64,000 nt of DNA, taken from NCBI GenBank assembly GCA_030248215.1, contig JASANG010001546.1:558001-622000 (forward strand), in the 5' to 3' direction. The notes beneath the pieces were generated by a model, which saw only the letters and a list, made by a program, of their open reading frames with translations, had not been told where the DNA came from and made no database searches. Shown one piece after another: positions 10,557-22,858 of the stretch. A program made the position numbers and the translations under genes. The DNA is from Enoplolaimus lenunculus (taxonomy: Eukaryota). How positions within the stretch are numbered: position 1 is the first letter of the stretch; each line of letters starts with the position of its first letter.

Positions 10557-12381
10557 TCAATAAGTAGGAAACGTTGGGTCTACTGTCATCGCCCATTGCT
10601 GCAATCCTCCAATCAAATCGACAACTTTCCAGTCCTTACGGAATTCTTCAACAAAAACCTTTTTTACAGCGACTACAGCCAGCTGAGAATCGTTGCCACG
10701 ATGACAAATCATGCAACACATTTTCGACTGAGATTTATCCATAAGATCTGACAGCTTTGTCTTACCGGCATTCAACCCATCATTATTATCATCATTAGCC
10801 GTAAGCTCAGTTAACGGAATGTTCACCGACTCTGGCAGATGGCATATATCAAACTCATGTTTCGGTCTTACATCCACCAAAAGACAGGTGCCAAAATCAC
10901 CATAGCAGTTGCTTTCTTGCAAATCCGTACCCCTGCCCCCTGTTACTGCCTTTAAATTGCAATCATACTCTCTTCGCTCAACGTCATTCGTCTTCTGCTG
11001 TCCGCCAAATCTCACACTGCCGCCATCAACAGAAGTCGCCATCATCTGTTGCAACTGTTCCACGCTGATCCGTTCATCGTTCGACAAAATGTTCAACGAC
11101 ATGACTTTATCGCATGCTCGTGCACCGCAAAACGCCTCATAATCCGTTAATTTATCATCGATTTCAGGATTTTCACCACAAGCTACACATTCAACGCGCC
11201 GGCTCCGAATCCGAACTGTCCTCATTGTCATTGAAAATCCATCGAACAACAGAAGACGGCCAGACAGAGGTTCGCCAACACCAGTGATTACTTTAATCGC
11301 TTCAAGTGCTTGCAACACACCAAGCGCACCAGGTATCACACCAAGAACGCCGCCTAAACGAACAACTCAAAAATACAAAAATGCCAACCATAGCCGTTTA
11401 TATATGAGTTAGCAATACGCTTTCAAACCATTAACCTGTGGCCCTCAGAAGTTAAAAATTTCCGCAAATAATCAACAGCCAAACTTACTTTCCAATCGCT
11501 AACGCCAAATGTGCCTACCCTGCCCTTAAAATTGATTACAATCATTATTCTATTTCTTCAACAGCCAGTATACTTAATCTCAGGCAACAAACTACTTTAA
11601 AACAAAGTCTCAAAATATGCTACAAAAAATAGGGTCCATGTTACTTGAACGGGTGTCATCTTTTATCGTGGAACTATTATATACTCTCACTTAGGCTAAA
11701 AGTGTAGACATAGCTTTAAGACTAAAGGCTTAATTAAACCGATCCAAAAATTACGTTCAAAAATACACACGACTTACCTTCATTGCAATTCGTTACCGTT
11801 TCCGGCGGAGGCGGCGACGGAAACAAACAGCGATAACACGGACCCCCATTGTAATGGTACACCGTCAACTGGCCTTCCCACCTCAAAGCGCTTGCCGACA
11901 CTAACGGAACGCCCATACGAACGCACGCGTCATTAACCAAATACCTTGTGGTTACATTATCTGTACAGTCCAGTACAACCGTTGTGTCACATTTGACAAC
12001 ATCAAAAACATTTTTCCGACTCAACAAAACATTTATTGGAACACATTTCGTTGAAGAATTAATTTCACTCACTGACTGGCATGCAGAATTCGATTTCAAA
12101 GTCCCTTGACGTTGTTCAGTGTGTGATATTTGGCGATGTAAATTATTCAACTCAACCGTATCATAATCAACGATGCGTAACTCACCAATGCCAGCAGCTC
12201 CTAAGTAGAGCGATGCAGGACATCCTAACCCACCTGCGCCGACAATAACGACAACAGCAGATTTCAACTTTTGTTGACTTGCAATTCCAAAATCAGGCAA
12301 CAGCAACTGGCGACTGTATCGGCTAATTTCGTCTTTACATAACGGCGAGCAACTCGAACTTTGTTGCATCGAACAATTCAT
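10557..12381 (-). CDS. MOCS3: Adenylyltransferase and sulfurtransferase MOCS3/UBA4 (ThiF/MoeB domain + rhodanese), ~466 aa, 2 exons
   Basis: Exons 12381-11778 and 11353-10557 (phase 1, CNEG|GVLG). RYSRQLLL, GAGGLG, NLHRQ, DCTDN, CYRC, second CxxC, rhodanese ICHRGNDSQ, terminal DPTFPTY. Start ATG uncertain (12381 or 12369, or an unseen upstream exon). Confidence 0.93.
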
Positions 12382-12777
12382 TATTTTAAACTGAAAATCA
12401 ACTTTGTTATTCAACGACTTGAATCCAGGGTCAAACCGGATGATACACCTTTCGTTCTAGATTCCATTTTTTGTTTACGCTTAGGCTTAGGAATACGCTT
12501 AATCTATTCTTTACGCCCTAAAAGTAACATTGGCCGTTTACGCGTTTGCGTTATAGGAATATCAGAAATCCCGTCATGTTTACGCTAAATATAGTAATAA
12601 ATCATGTATATGCCTCGCAATTTTTCATTACAGGTATGCTGCAATCGTTAGAAATTAAATAAAAATTAAGAAATTATCCAAAATGTTGAATATTTCGGTG
12701 CATCCGTCTGTTTCTCTATAAATTTTAGAAATTCAAAGCTAAGCAGCACCACAGAGCCCTTTAGGAAAATTTTGCTG

Positions 12778-12850
12778 CGGATGCGATGGGGCTCGAACCC
12801 ACGCCGCACGGATTACCAGTCCGCTGCTCTAACCAGTGAGCTACGCAGCC
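12778..12850 (-). tRNA. tRNA-Thr(GGT)-like cloverleaf; probably the head of a tRNA-derived SINE or a pseudo-tRNA
   Basis: GGCTGCG TA GCTC ACTGGTTA GAGC A GCGGA CTGGTAA TCCGT GCGGC GTGGG TTCGAGC CCCAT CGCATCC G; one acceptor-stem mismatch. A degenerate copy at ~46299-46400 shares the downstream gcagcaaaatt tail. Confidence 0.6.
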
Positions 12851-13110
12851 ATGCAAACATGAATATTTGCAAGCCTCAATTCCGTAAACTTTTATACTTC
12901 AATGTCTGTTTTTGTTACTTTTGCTATCAATTTACACCCTGCTAGAGTACAAGATTTTTGAAATTCAAAAAGCGCAATGTATTCCAGGAACACTGATAGA
13001 ATCGCCGTGTTAGCCTGCGAGATTGCAACATTCTCCGGAAAGTAAAAAATGCACTAAACAGAATTTTCACGCGCCAAAATTACAGGAACAGCTGAACTGT
13101 AGTTATATAC

Positions 13111-13272
13111 GGCCCATGTTACTTTAAGGGGCGTTCAGGTTTCTGGTGGTTTACAAGAGTAGGTTTAGATGCTAGATTACATTTTTTGCTTAGGCTTAGG
13201 AACACATTTTTGCAACGCTAAGGCTTAGGAAACGATTAATCCACTGTTACGCACCTAAAAGTAACATTGGTC
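13111..13272. mobile_element. GGCC-terminated TTAGGC-bearing MITE (same subfamily as 4264-4455, inverted)
   Basis: ggcccatgttactttaaggggcg...acctaaaagtaacattggtc; internal cttaggcttagg; TSD degraded (5/8 match). Confidence 0.7.
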
Positions 13273-13977
13273 ATGAATACTAACCCGGTCTCAATATTTT
13301 TCACATCCTGTTGAACCCTGAATTATTTAAGCTGATATACAAGCTCCACTTTGAAAATTATATTTCCAGTAGAACTGACCATGAAGTAATCTATCCCATT
13401 ATCGTAATTGAAATTCAATTTGGGCAAAGGATATTTAAGGTCAAATTCTATGCAACGCATCTAAACGCTCTACTACTCAACACAACGGGATCTGTAAAAA
13501 CTAACCCAAGTGTTTTACTGTTGAGCCACATATTATCTAAAGTCAAAAAGTGCAAATAAAGTCAAATAACACCGCCAATACAATATACATATAATATTCC
13601 TTGTTCATTCTTTCAAACATCTTTTCAATTTTAGACAATTTCGTTGAGTTTTTTAACATAAATTTTCTTGTGAGGTTTGAAGAAAGCATTTTACGACCTC
13701 AAAAAATACAATTCTTTCAAGTTTGTATTCAATCACGCGATGATCAATGGAACTAAAGCAGTTTAAAAATGAAAATGACAAGCATCACACACAACATGTA
13801 GGTTAGGTTTCCGCGCATGCGAATTCGAAGATATTTCACTGGTACAATAAAGGCAAAATTGTCGTCCGTGAAAATTGTAATCACGGTTCCTTTAAGTACC
13901 AGTTCTCGAATGATCACTCAAACAAAATTCTCACACGTAAATACACAATGAAATAAACGCATTTTATATACATTTTT

Positions 13978-14116
13978 GGCCCATGTAAAAATCCGGGGCA
14001 GAGAGTTTTTTTGTGGGACTAGAATAGAATAAGCTTAAGTTTCAGACTAACTTTTTTGCTTGGCTTAGGCTTAGGAATATGCTTATACTGTTGCGCCCCT
14101 GTTCTTTACATTGGCC
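13978..14116. mobile_element. GGCC-terminated TTAGGC-bearing MITE, 8-bp TSD
   Basis: TSD ACATTTTT at 13970-13977 and 14117-14124; TIR ggcccatgtaaaaatccggggc / gcccctgttctttacattggcc. Confidence 0.85.
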
Positions 14117-15323
14117 ACATTTTTAAGTTTCCATAAACACTGTGTGTAAGGAATGTCGAAAAATAGCTAATGCTATTCTAAACAAAACACAAAAAACAAT
14201 ATTAAATTAAATATATACCGTTAATTTAAATGCAGTAATTATTGAATACATAACACTAATCTTTATAACTTCCATTGCAACTCTATAGTCTCAAACCTAA
14301 CGTGACCAAATAATCCAAAATGAACTCAACATATATTCATACTCACTATCTATTGCACTTGTCATGCCACTGAACTGAACACGCAATGCTAATCATTGTA
14401 AAAACAACATTTCAGTCTATTGAAAATTGATTTACCGAATAAAACAATATTTGATAAAACTCATTCAAATAGTTCCAAGTATAATTTCTTTCTACATGAT
14501 AACCACAGCGAAAGAATCTAGAATCAATATTCCCAAATGCTCGTAGCAGCTATCAGCTTATTAAAGATTGAGCCGCGAGGGCTAAAACACGCAAATAATT
14601 TTAATTAATGCCCAGTTCCAGCAATCTTTAGATCTGTCTCAAATTAAACTAATTTACGTATCAAATGCTGGACTCAAAACGTTCAAGAAAATTATCGACA
14701 ACTGATAGTGAATAAACAAAAATAACACCCAAACACCGTTCGTCATTTTCATATAACATGAGGTAGTCACTTTGGCTCAACTAAATTTTCAACAATTGCA
14801 AACCAGATAGAAACTTTATCATGGAACGAACACTGGAAACAGCTTTGACAGGGCCGCACATAAAAATTGGCCCACACAAACAGCATCTTTTCATATGTTT
14901 ATCTTTAAGAAAATAAATTCAGACCGCTTAGGTCAAAAAAGATTGCGCAAGTATAATCCGACCACACGAAATTACAATACACCAGAATATTTCAATGCAT
15001 AATACAATTACCAAGCTCACATATAAATGAATATACATTTATCCACAAAAGTGCACATCCAAAAATAATTAAATACGCAACCAGGGTTCCACACATAATA
15101 ATATAAATCTAACATTTAACATCTTCAACATTTCGTATACATATTCATATAATTTCACAAAATACAATAAAAAGCCTCAGAACAGATTTAAATGTTAACC
15201 AACTCCGAAAAATTCTTACCAGATTTTCAACCTTAAAACTACGGAAATATAGTGGAATCCTGGCTCGTACAAAAAATCTGATTCACAGCGAAATATGGTC
15301 TTTGCTTTTGGTCACGCATTTGT

Positions 15324-18300
15324 TCACTCTCTTGACACTTTCTTCAGTTCCTACAAAACAATTATTATTATTATATGCGGCACACTTTCGCCACCAATAA
15401 AAAGTATAAAATCCATGAAAACTATTACAACAGTTGTATGTGCCAAACTTACACCCCGACAACAAAAACATTCGTTCAATTATTGGCGAAACAAGGATTT
15501 TGGAAACCGACAGAATTGCGACTTTGAGCCATGAACTCCGATGGCTACGTTGTTTGGTGTCAAACAAAGATAACCGAACTCTGCTTTGATCAAACTAAAA
15601 CGTCCTATTCATGTGGGTGGCTCCAACAAAATGATAGGATTTAAAATTTATCGCAAGCCGCATGCAAAAGGAACAAAAGATGTAAGCTCAAAATGTATAA
15701 ACATACCGATTCTAAACAGGCAACCAACTCATTGTACGCTCGATCGAGATCATCATTTGTGATCAAGTGATCAAACAAGTGCAGCTCAGATTCAACTAAA
15801 ATACCCAAACAAACATTTATGTTCCAACATATAAATAAAGCTCACAAAGATTGAAAATTGTACATCGAACTAAAAAATATGTACAAATGAACCCCAAAGT
15901 ATTATACTATAAACCTCAATAAAACTGCAACTATTCTACTTCAACGAGAAAAACTGTCAAATACTCAATACGCACATTGAAATATCTTCCAATTTGAAAC
16001 TGCGTAAGTAGTAATTTTGAACTAAACTCGCCATGACCGTATCTACCAGCGAGATTGAAAACGAATTACTCCAGAAACTAAAATCTAACATTAAAACACC
16101 TTAGCATGATTTTTAAGCCACACGTAAATTTAGAACGTATCTACAAATTAAAATTCATGTTCGGATCAATAATAAAGTAGTTCTGGTTTGCACTTTGACA
16201 CACAACGCCAGTATCAAAGCAAAAGTTAGGGTTGCGCTACACTTTTGTTGACGTGCGGCGCCGTCCGCCATAGTGCGTCATTCGTCCAGCGCCGTCTGTC
16301 ACCGTCCGGCGCCGTCAGTCACTATACGGTATCATACGTGTGTAATTTGTGTACGATAACGCACAGTGACGGACGGAGCCACACGACGAGTATAGCGCCA
16401 CCTTACCTTTCTCCATATCTGCAGTAGCACGAGAAAGTCGTTTTTGTAGTGAATCTTCCGTTTCTGTTCCACGTCCACGTAAGCGTTCTTCCTACAAAAT
16501 ATGTAATTTACGATTTCCAATTTCTTGTAAAGCAGTATTCAAACGGACGTTTCTGTCTTAAAAATTTACGACTTTAATGTTCTCAATTTGAGACACTGTT
16601 TTAAACTCATTCAAATCCGTTTCGTCAAATATTTAAAACCTAAATTGCTTGACATTCAGAAATAATTGTCTGAAATTACGATCTGATTTTTTAATGTTTA
16701 ATGTCTGTAACGACATACTAACTTTGTACTAATAGCGCCATTAATTAACGAAAAATAAGGCGTTATTCGGTTTGAGAAACAGCTCCTAAAAACATAGACA
16801 TATATTAATTCGAGCATTCAAATGATAAAAAATTAAGATCTGTATTTTTGAATATTCACAGATTAAAGACAAAATTTAAGTCACATGACACGTCTTATAT
16901 TCCAGACATTATCTCTTGAGCACAAGATAATGTGTTCAGCGTGTAGGTACATAGCATAATTTCAGTGACTAAGTGAGCTTCACATCAAATGTAAAACAGC
17001 TGGGTCTTGTTTATTTGTGTCCAAGTTCCGTTCACGTTTTGCATACCATTCTCAACGCTAACACTTACTACAATGAGTGATACATTAACCGAAATCGCAT
17101 CGATTCGGCACAAAAACAGTTTGAGCAAAAAACACCCCGCTCAAATTACCCACATTATTTAAAGTTTTTTCATTCTTTAAAGTTTTTCTCACAATAGTTT
17201 TGAAAGCCTTAACTGGCATTTCCCTCACAAACCCAACCAGTTCGAATTCCAATTTCTACGTTTATTTTTCAGCTCGAAGAACTTCCGTTATCGCTGCAAC
17301 CTTAATACATTTTTTACCGGAAACGTTTTTTTGACATTCTCGGGAAAACTGCTACATATGCGTTGACAGAGCTCGGAAGAAATATAAATTATAGTCTGTC
17401 TTAACCTAATATAAACCTTAAAACTTCCGGTCCAAGCTAATGAAGTTAATTAATATAAAATAAAGCAAATTAATATATACAGAAATATTCTGATAACATA
17501 AGCCAAAAGCTATTCAGTAGTTTATTATGCAGAAACCCAGGTTATAAATTTTAGAAAAAATCGTACAGTACCTGCCTAAAATATGCACGTCCTATATATA
17601 CGCAAGAGCGTACAAAATAAATACATACAACAGAATTGGTACAAATATCCCTAAACAGCCAGTATGTGCTCGCCTACTCTATGGCAGTAAACTAAATTTG
17701 CATCGAAAACTTTCTGCTCAGCCAAATTTAATGTTCGTTGAAAAGCAGTCTCAAAATCATCAACAACAGCAATTTGAGTTAGAAACGCTGTTGTTATGTA
17801 CCGTTTTCACAGAACACTTCGCTCATATTAAACTATATGAACGCTATTATGAACGCAAGTGCACAGCTATTTGAGCAACAGGTAAAAACTATTATTCGAT
17901 GAAAATATTGAATGTTTTCAACATTCCAAAATTTTTAAGTTCACGAATTTCTGATTCAATATATTACAATACTATTATCAAGCAAAATAAACTTGGGTTT
18001 AATGCTAAATAGATACGCCTACGATAGCTATAAGGGCCTGCTCACTAAACATACGCCACCCAGTCTTTCTGTGTCCCCGTAAGCAGGCCACCATAATTAG
18101 TATGTGCTGATATATTTATAGCTAAAAGAAAAAAGGCCTCGAAGTCTTTTTATGTCATTGCACATGTTCATAACAACTAATCGTTTGCCTTCATAATTCT
18201 TTATTATAATTGGAATCTTACCGGCTCTAATATAAACCTACTTAGTTTTCTTGTACATCCTCGAGTTGGCCAAAATTTTTTTAAAATTTTGCCAATATAA

Positions 18301-20686
18301 ACGCGGCTACCCATTCAATGTTCAGCACAACTAAAAAACATACCAAAATTTCAATTGACGGTGGTTTAATGAAAACGTAGACCGGACGCGTTTGTTCGTT
18401 CCGATGCAATTTGCTGGCGTAAATATTGTGAACGCCGGGCAGATCGAGATCAAGAACACAGATTTTGCCAGTTTGTTGCACAGCCTCCACTGATTTTAAA
18501 CTAAAAATAATACAATTATCATTGTCTAAAATACGTCGCTATGTTTAATCTCAGTTTATATTTTACTAACCGAAAAGCAAATTTCAACCAACACAATATT
18601 TATTTTGAAACTACTTGGAGCAAAGTACCACGTTAGTTTTAAACATCAGAGGGCATAACCGCCACCAAAATTAGCACACTATTATTACATGATGGTAAGA
18701 TTAATCAAGTTTTCGATACAAGATGAAATACCAACCTACGGTGGAAATGGAATTAAACTTTCGATACCATGTTCACCAATCTTTTAATATTTTACAACTT
18801 AGTGCTTCATAGCAAGCAATAAAGCACCACATTATATTTTGAAACTAAACCACTTTGTACTAAACATTCATGTTTCAAAAACAGTTATTTTTGTAATTAA
18901 ATTTCGAAAATATTAAATTTTCGTTTTATTATACTTATAAATTGAGACGGTATTACTTTCTTGTAAATGAGGAAATATTTGTGGTCATGTCGTTTTAAAA
19001 AATCCGAATATATTTAAAAACGTGAATTAGCTCTGTCCAAATTTGTCAATTGTAGCTCCCGGAAAACCGAATCCGATTTCAAAACAGTCAATGTTTTTTC
19101 AATCTTCAGCTGAACATTTTACTGTCACCCACTTGCCGTTGAGATCTGTGTTTCCTTAACATATTCTGGACCAAAATCCGGCAAAACTTGCTGCTGTTTC
19201 GTCACATACAATTTCGCAACAAAAGGCCTACCGTTAAACTACAAACTCCCCTACTAAATTAAATAAGCAAGATAGACGTCAAGTTAGTAATACATGTTAG
19301 AAATTGCTCGGCAGTTACACGATAAGTAGAGACAGGCTGAACTCAAGCAATTAAAATTGAACACATCATCATAGACGACACTGAAAGCATATATTACAGG
19401 TATCGAACCTTGTACCATATATATTGCCAGAAAACTCAGTGTGTTCCAAAAATTCTCCGTTTTTGATTGCTGCCTCCATAGATTCTTTATCGCTAAAGTG
19501 ATAATCTAAAACATATAACTACAACCGAAAAGTGGTGCGTATGTACAGGAACAGTTACACACAATAAATTTATTAATAATTATTCAAACTAAACTAACAG
19601 CTGCCCGATCTCGCTGTGAAATCTTGCACGTGGAAATTACAGCTGCAAATTTTAAAAGAAAAATCAGGCACATGCAAATTGCAACCACGAGTACCTACTG
19701 AAAATAGTTGCACAAGTAAATAGGACTTAAAAGTAGCTTTATGACCGCAACTTATATCACCTGGTGTTTAACCAGTTGCGTAGATAGTGCAAATTAGGTA
19801 TAAGGGTGGCGCTATACTTTTCGTGCGGTACCGTCTCCTACAATACGTCACAATACGGTATCGTACGTAAGTAAATCACGTGCGAAATTGCAAGGTGGCG
19901 TACGGTGACAGACGTCACCAAAATTCAATCGTCACCCTTAAGGTTTTCTTCAAACGACAATCTTAAGATGTATACACAATTGAAAGCATCCCAAATGTGA
20001 CACTGCTTCACAACAGTCAAAGAATTCGTAAATTAACTAACCTTCACCGTCCACTTCACCCGGTCTCGGTTGTCTAGTGGTATCTGAAACACTCAACGCC
20101 TACACTGCATAAAAAATATCTATAAAAATAATAACACGATCGAATATGTATTCGTATTATGCAATACCTCTTGTCAATACAGTTTATGCCAAAATGCATT
20201 TAGACATAAAGGTCTACAGCTGTACATTAATTCTTGTCTACACACAAGCAACACTAGCAGACTTCAAGGCCCATAATATCAATTGGTATACATTTATCAT
20301 CAGCTAGCGATAGATTTTTAAATTGACGAATTCCAACAATCGCGAATGTAAAAATTGGCACCGAAGTGTGAAAATTCAAACGCAAGCATATGCCGAATTC
20401 CGAATATCATCATTCAATGGATTGAGAGCTACAAGACCTATTACCAGCTGATGATCGCTGCTACATATTTTGAAAGTACGGGGACAGCACTGGATTAAGC
20501 AATTACCACTACTCCTTATGTGCAAAAATTTACATATAGCGGTAGTCTGGCTGGAACGCAAAGAGACTTACGAGATACACTAAACGCAAACGCGCTTGGA
20601 TGAGCGTCAAAAAGCTGTTTGAGCAACGTGCTTTTGCCACTTCCTGAAGGTCCGGTAATAACCATTGGCCGAATGGTCGCAGCCAT
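15324..20686 (-). CDS. GUK1: Guanylate kinase, ~203 aa, 7 coding exons
   Basis: Exons 20686-20572, 20083-20042, 19505-19409, 18500-18344, 16491-16407, 15795-15707, 15350-15324 (612 nt, phases consistent). P-loop [87 protein letters not shown]. Most of it is missed by the ORF track. Confidence 0.93.
16229..16402. mobile_element. Tourist/PIF-Harbinger-like MITE abutting the GUK1 exon 5 donor
   Basis: TIR gggttgcgctacactt...agtatagcgccacc; TTA at 16226-16228 and 16403-16405. Confidence 0.75.
19804..19938. mobile_element. Tourist-like MITE, degenerate copy
   Basis: taa-gggtggcgctatacttt ... cgtcaccc-tta; shares the cggtatcgtacg core. Confidence 0.6.
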
Positions 20687-21519
20687 TGCTGGAATATAAA
20701 TTATAATAACAATATGAAAACAATAATAAGTACAATATATAAACAGTAATTAGGTATGCGTTTAAACAATATTATAAAATAACTAAAATGCGTATTTATT
20801 TTGTGTCTTATAATAAATACGTATATAAATCTCCACTGCGTGCCAAACGAAACTGAATTTAAATCATATAAAAATGAAAACCCTGAGTAAACGAAACGTT
20901 GGGGAAATTTTCCTTCCTGTTTTAATAGTTTGTTAGGCAACGGTTCCGGTTGCAAGTATGTAAGTTCCGGTTCAACAACGTCCCCAGTGTAATCGGCTAA
21001 TATATTACCTAACTTTGAATAAACCAAAATGTCAGTTCATCACAGTACCAATTTCTATTCGCTCAAAAAATTAAACATGTGGATAAGTACTCGGAATCCT
21101 GGTTAGAAAATCACAACCTTGCATGAACAAACCTAACAGCTTTGAAATAGCCGTTTTGACCGATGAGGCGGTGATGAAAACAAAAATCTTTTTTAGACAG
21201 ATTGAAGTACTGAAAAAGAACTAAGAGCTATGTATTCATTATTCAAACACATTACCAGAAAAAAGAATATACATCATGCACGCGGTCATCTGAGTCTGGG
21301 CAGAACTAGAACCTCAAGTAAAAGAAACTAGTGATTCATGTTGTTGTTGTTGTTGTAGCTGCAAGCGATCGTCATAGTTCGAGGTTCAGAAACACTAGTG
21401 ATTCATGTTGTACCAAAGCGTTAACCATACCATAGCAGTAACTGCTTGGCAGGGTTACACGAGATTTCCTGTTTCGGCCGATTTCTGTTCATGCTCGTGT
21501 TCCAACATTGCAATGTTAG

Positions 21520-22290
21520 TATATGTGGTGTAACATGTGTATGTTGATAGTGTATGTAATATGAAAAACCCATGCATACACGTGCACATATAGTTCTTGA
21601 GAAAAATATAATATCGACCGCGTGGTGTAGTGGGTTGCGCTTTTGGCTCGCGAGCGAAGGGTCGAGGTTCGGTTCCCTACGTGGCCATATGTTACGTAGA
21701 AATTAAGAGAAAAACATGTATTTTCGCGGTATTTCGAGGAAAGGTATAGATAGCACAACCATGAATTCGTAGAATTTGGAATCGCGGTGCGGTACCACCA
21801 CCTAAAGAAGGCGGAATGTTCGTACATGTGGTGTAACATGTGTATGTGCATAGTGCATGTAATGTAAGGTGCATACACGTGCATATAGTACTTGAGACAA
21901 TTGTAAAATCGGCCGCGTGGCGTAGTGGGTAATGTCAGAACGGTACGGTCGGGACGATCCGTTTCCTTGAACACGAAGTACTGCGAATACACATGTATAT
22001 TCGTAGTGTAAGAACTGCACGGTCGGGACGACCCCTTTTTCCGAAGTACCGCGATTATTGTTTTCCCCTTAATTTCTTCGACAGATATGGCCACGCCAGG
22101 AATAGAACCTCGGACCTCTCGCTCGCGAGTTAAGCGCGCTACCCATTACACCACGCGGCCGATATCCTAATTTCCTCTGGTGGTATATGTGCACGAGTAT
22201 GTATATGTCTTAACATTACACACTCTGCACATACACAAGTCGCGTATACCCACACGCAGTACTTCGATGAAAGGGGTCGTCCGACCAAGC
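21520..22290. repeat. Cluster of direct and inverted copies of a repeat containing a tRNA-like module
   Basis: tRNA-like module on plus at ~21616-21690 and on minus at ~22088-22160 (ggccgcgtggtgtaatgggtagcgc...gcgagaggtccgaggttctattcctggcgtggcca). Each is preceded by the same ~100-bp (tg/ca)-rich leader; a truncated third copy lies at ~21825-21932. Confidence 0.7.
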
Positions 22291-22858
22291 AGTTCTCACA
22301 TGCAGCAAGCAGGGACCGGAATTTCTAAAAGACTGACTTCGGCTTAAATCCAAAATCGTATATTAAGTGTTTTAAAAAATCCACGCATACATTCTCAGCT
22401 TGAGCTTTCTGAAAAATGTTTAAAATCCATCCTACAGTAAATGCAAAAAGACGTCAATCAAGATGCACTAACTTAATTTTCAAATATATCAAGAAAATGT
22501 AAAAAACAGGAAGTCAGCAGCTTTATGTTTTCTTACATTCAAAATAATATAACTTCAATTCAAATGAAAAATTAGCTGATTATAACCGCTCTGTCACCGT
22601 AAACTGATTAACAAAAACCTCCTAGCTATGTGTTTAACAAAAAAACTCAAAATTCTATACCGGATATTTAATTAGGTTTTTCGTGTTAGTGCATAAAGTC
22701 ATTTCCGATGCATAAAACTAAAGTGACAGCCGCTAGCTGATTTATCATGCGAACATAAAAACTTACCAGATGAAACATCGTTGTCACGATAGTCCTCATA
22801 CATTAACGCGGTAGCCTGGAACAACTATATCCAAACGGATTATACTCTTATCACAACC

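Noticed and set aside
7044..12381. Bacterial origin or horizontal transfer of NSUN5/MOCS3 (RsmB/MoeB-like)
   Set aside because: Both carry eukaryote-type subfamily features, MOCS3 has a spliceosomal intron, and both sit among host repeats.
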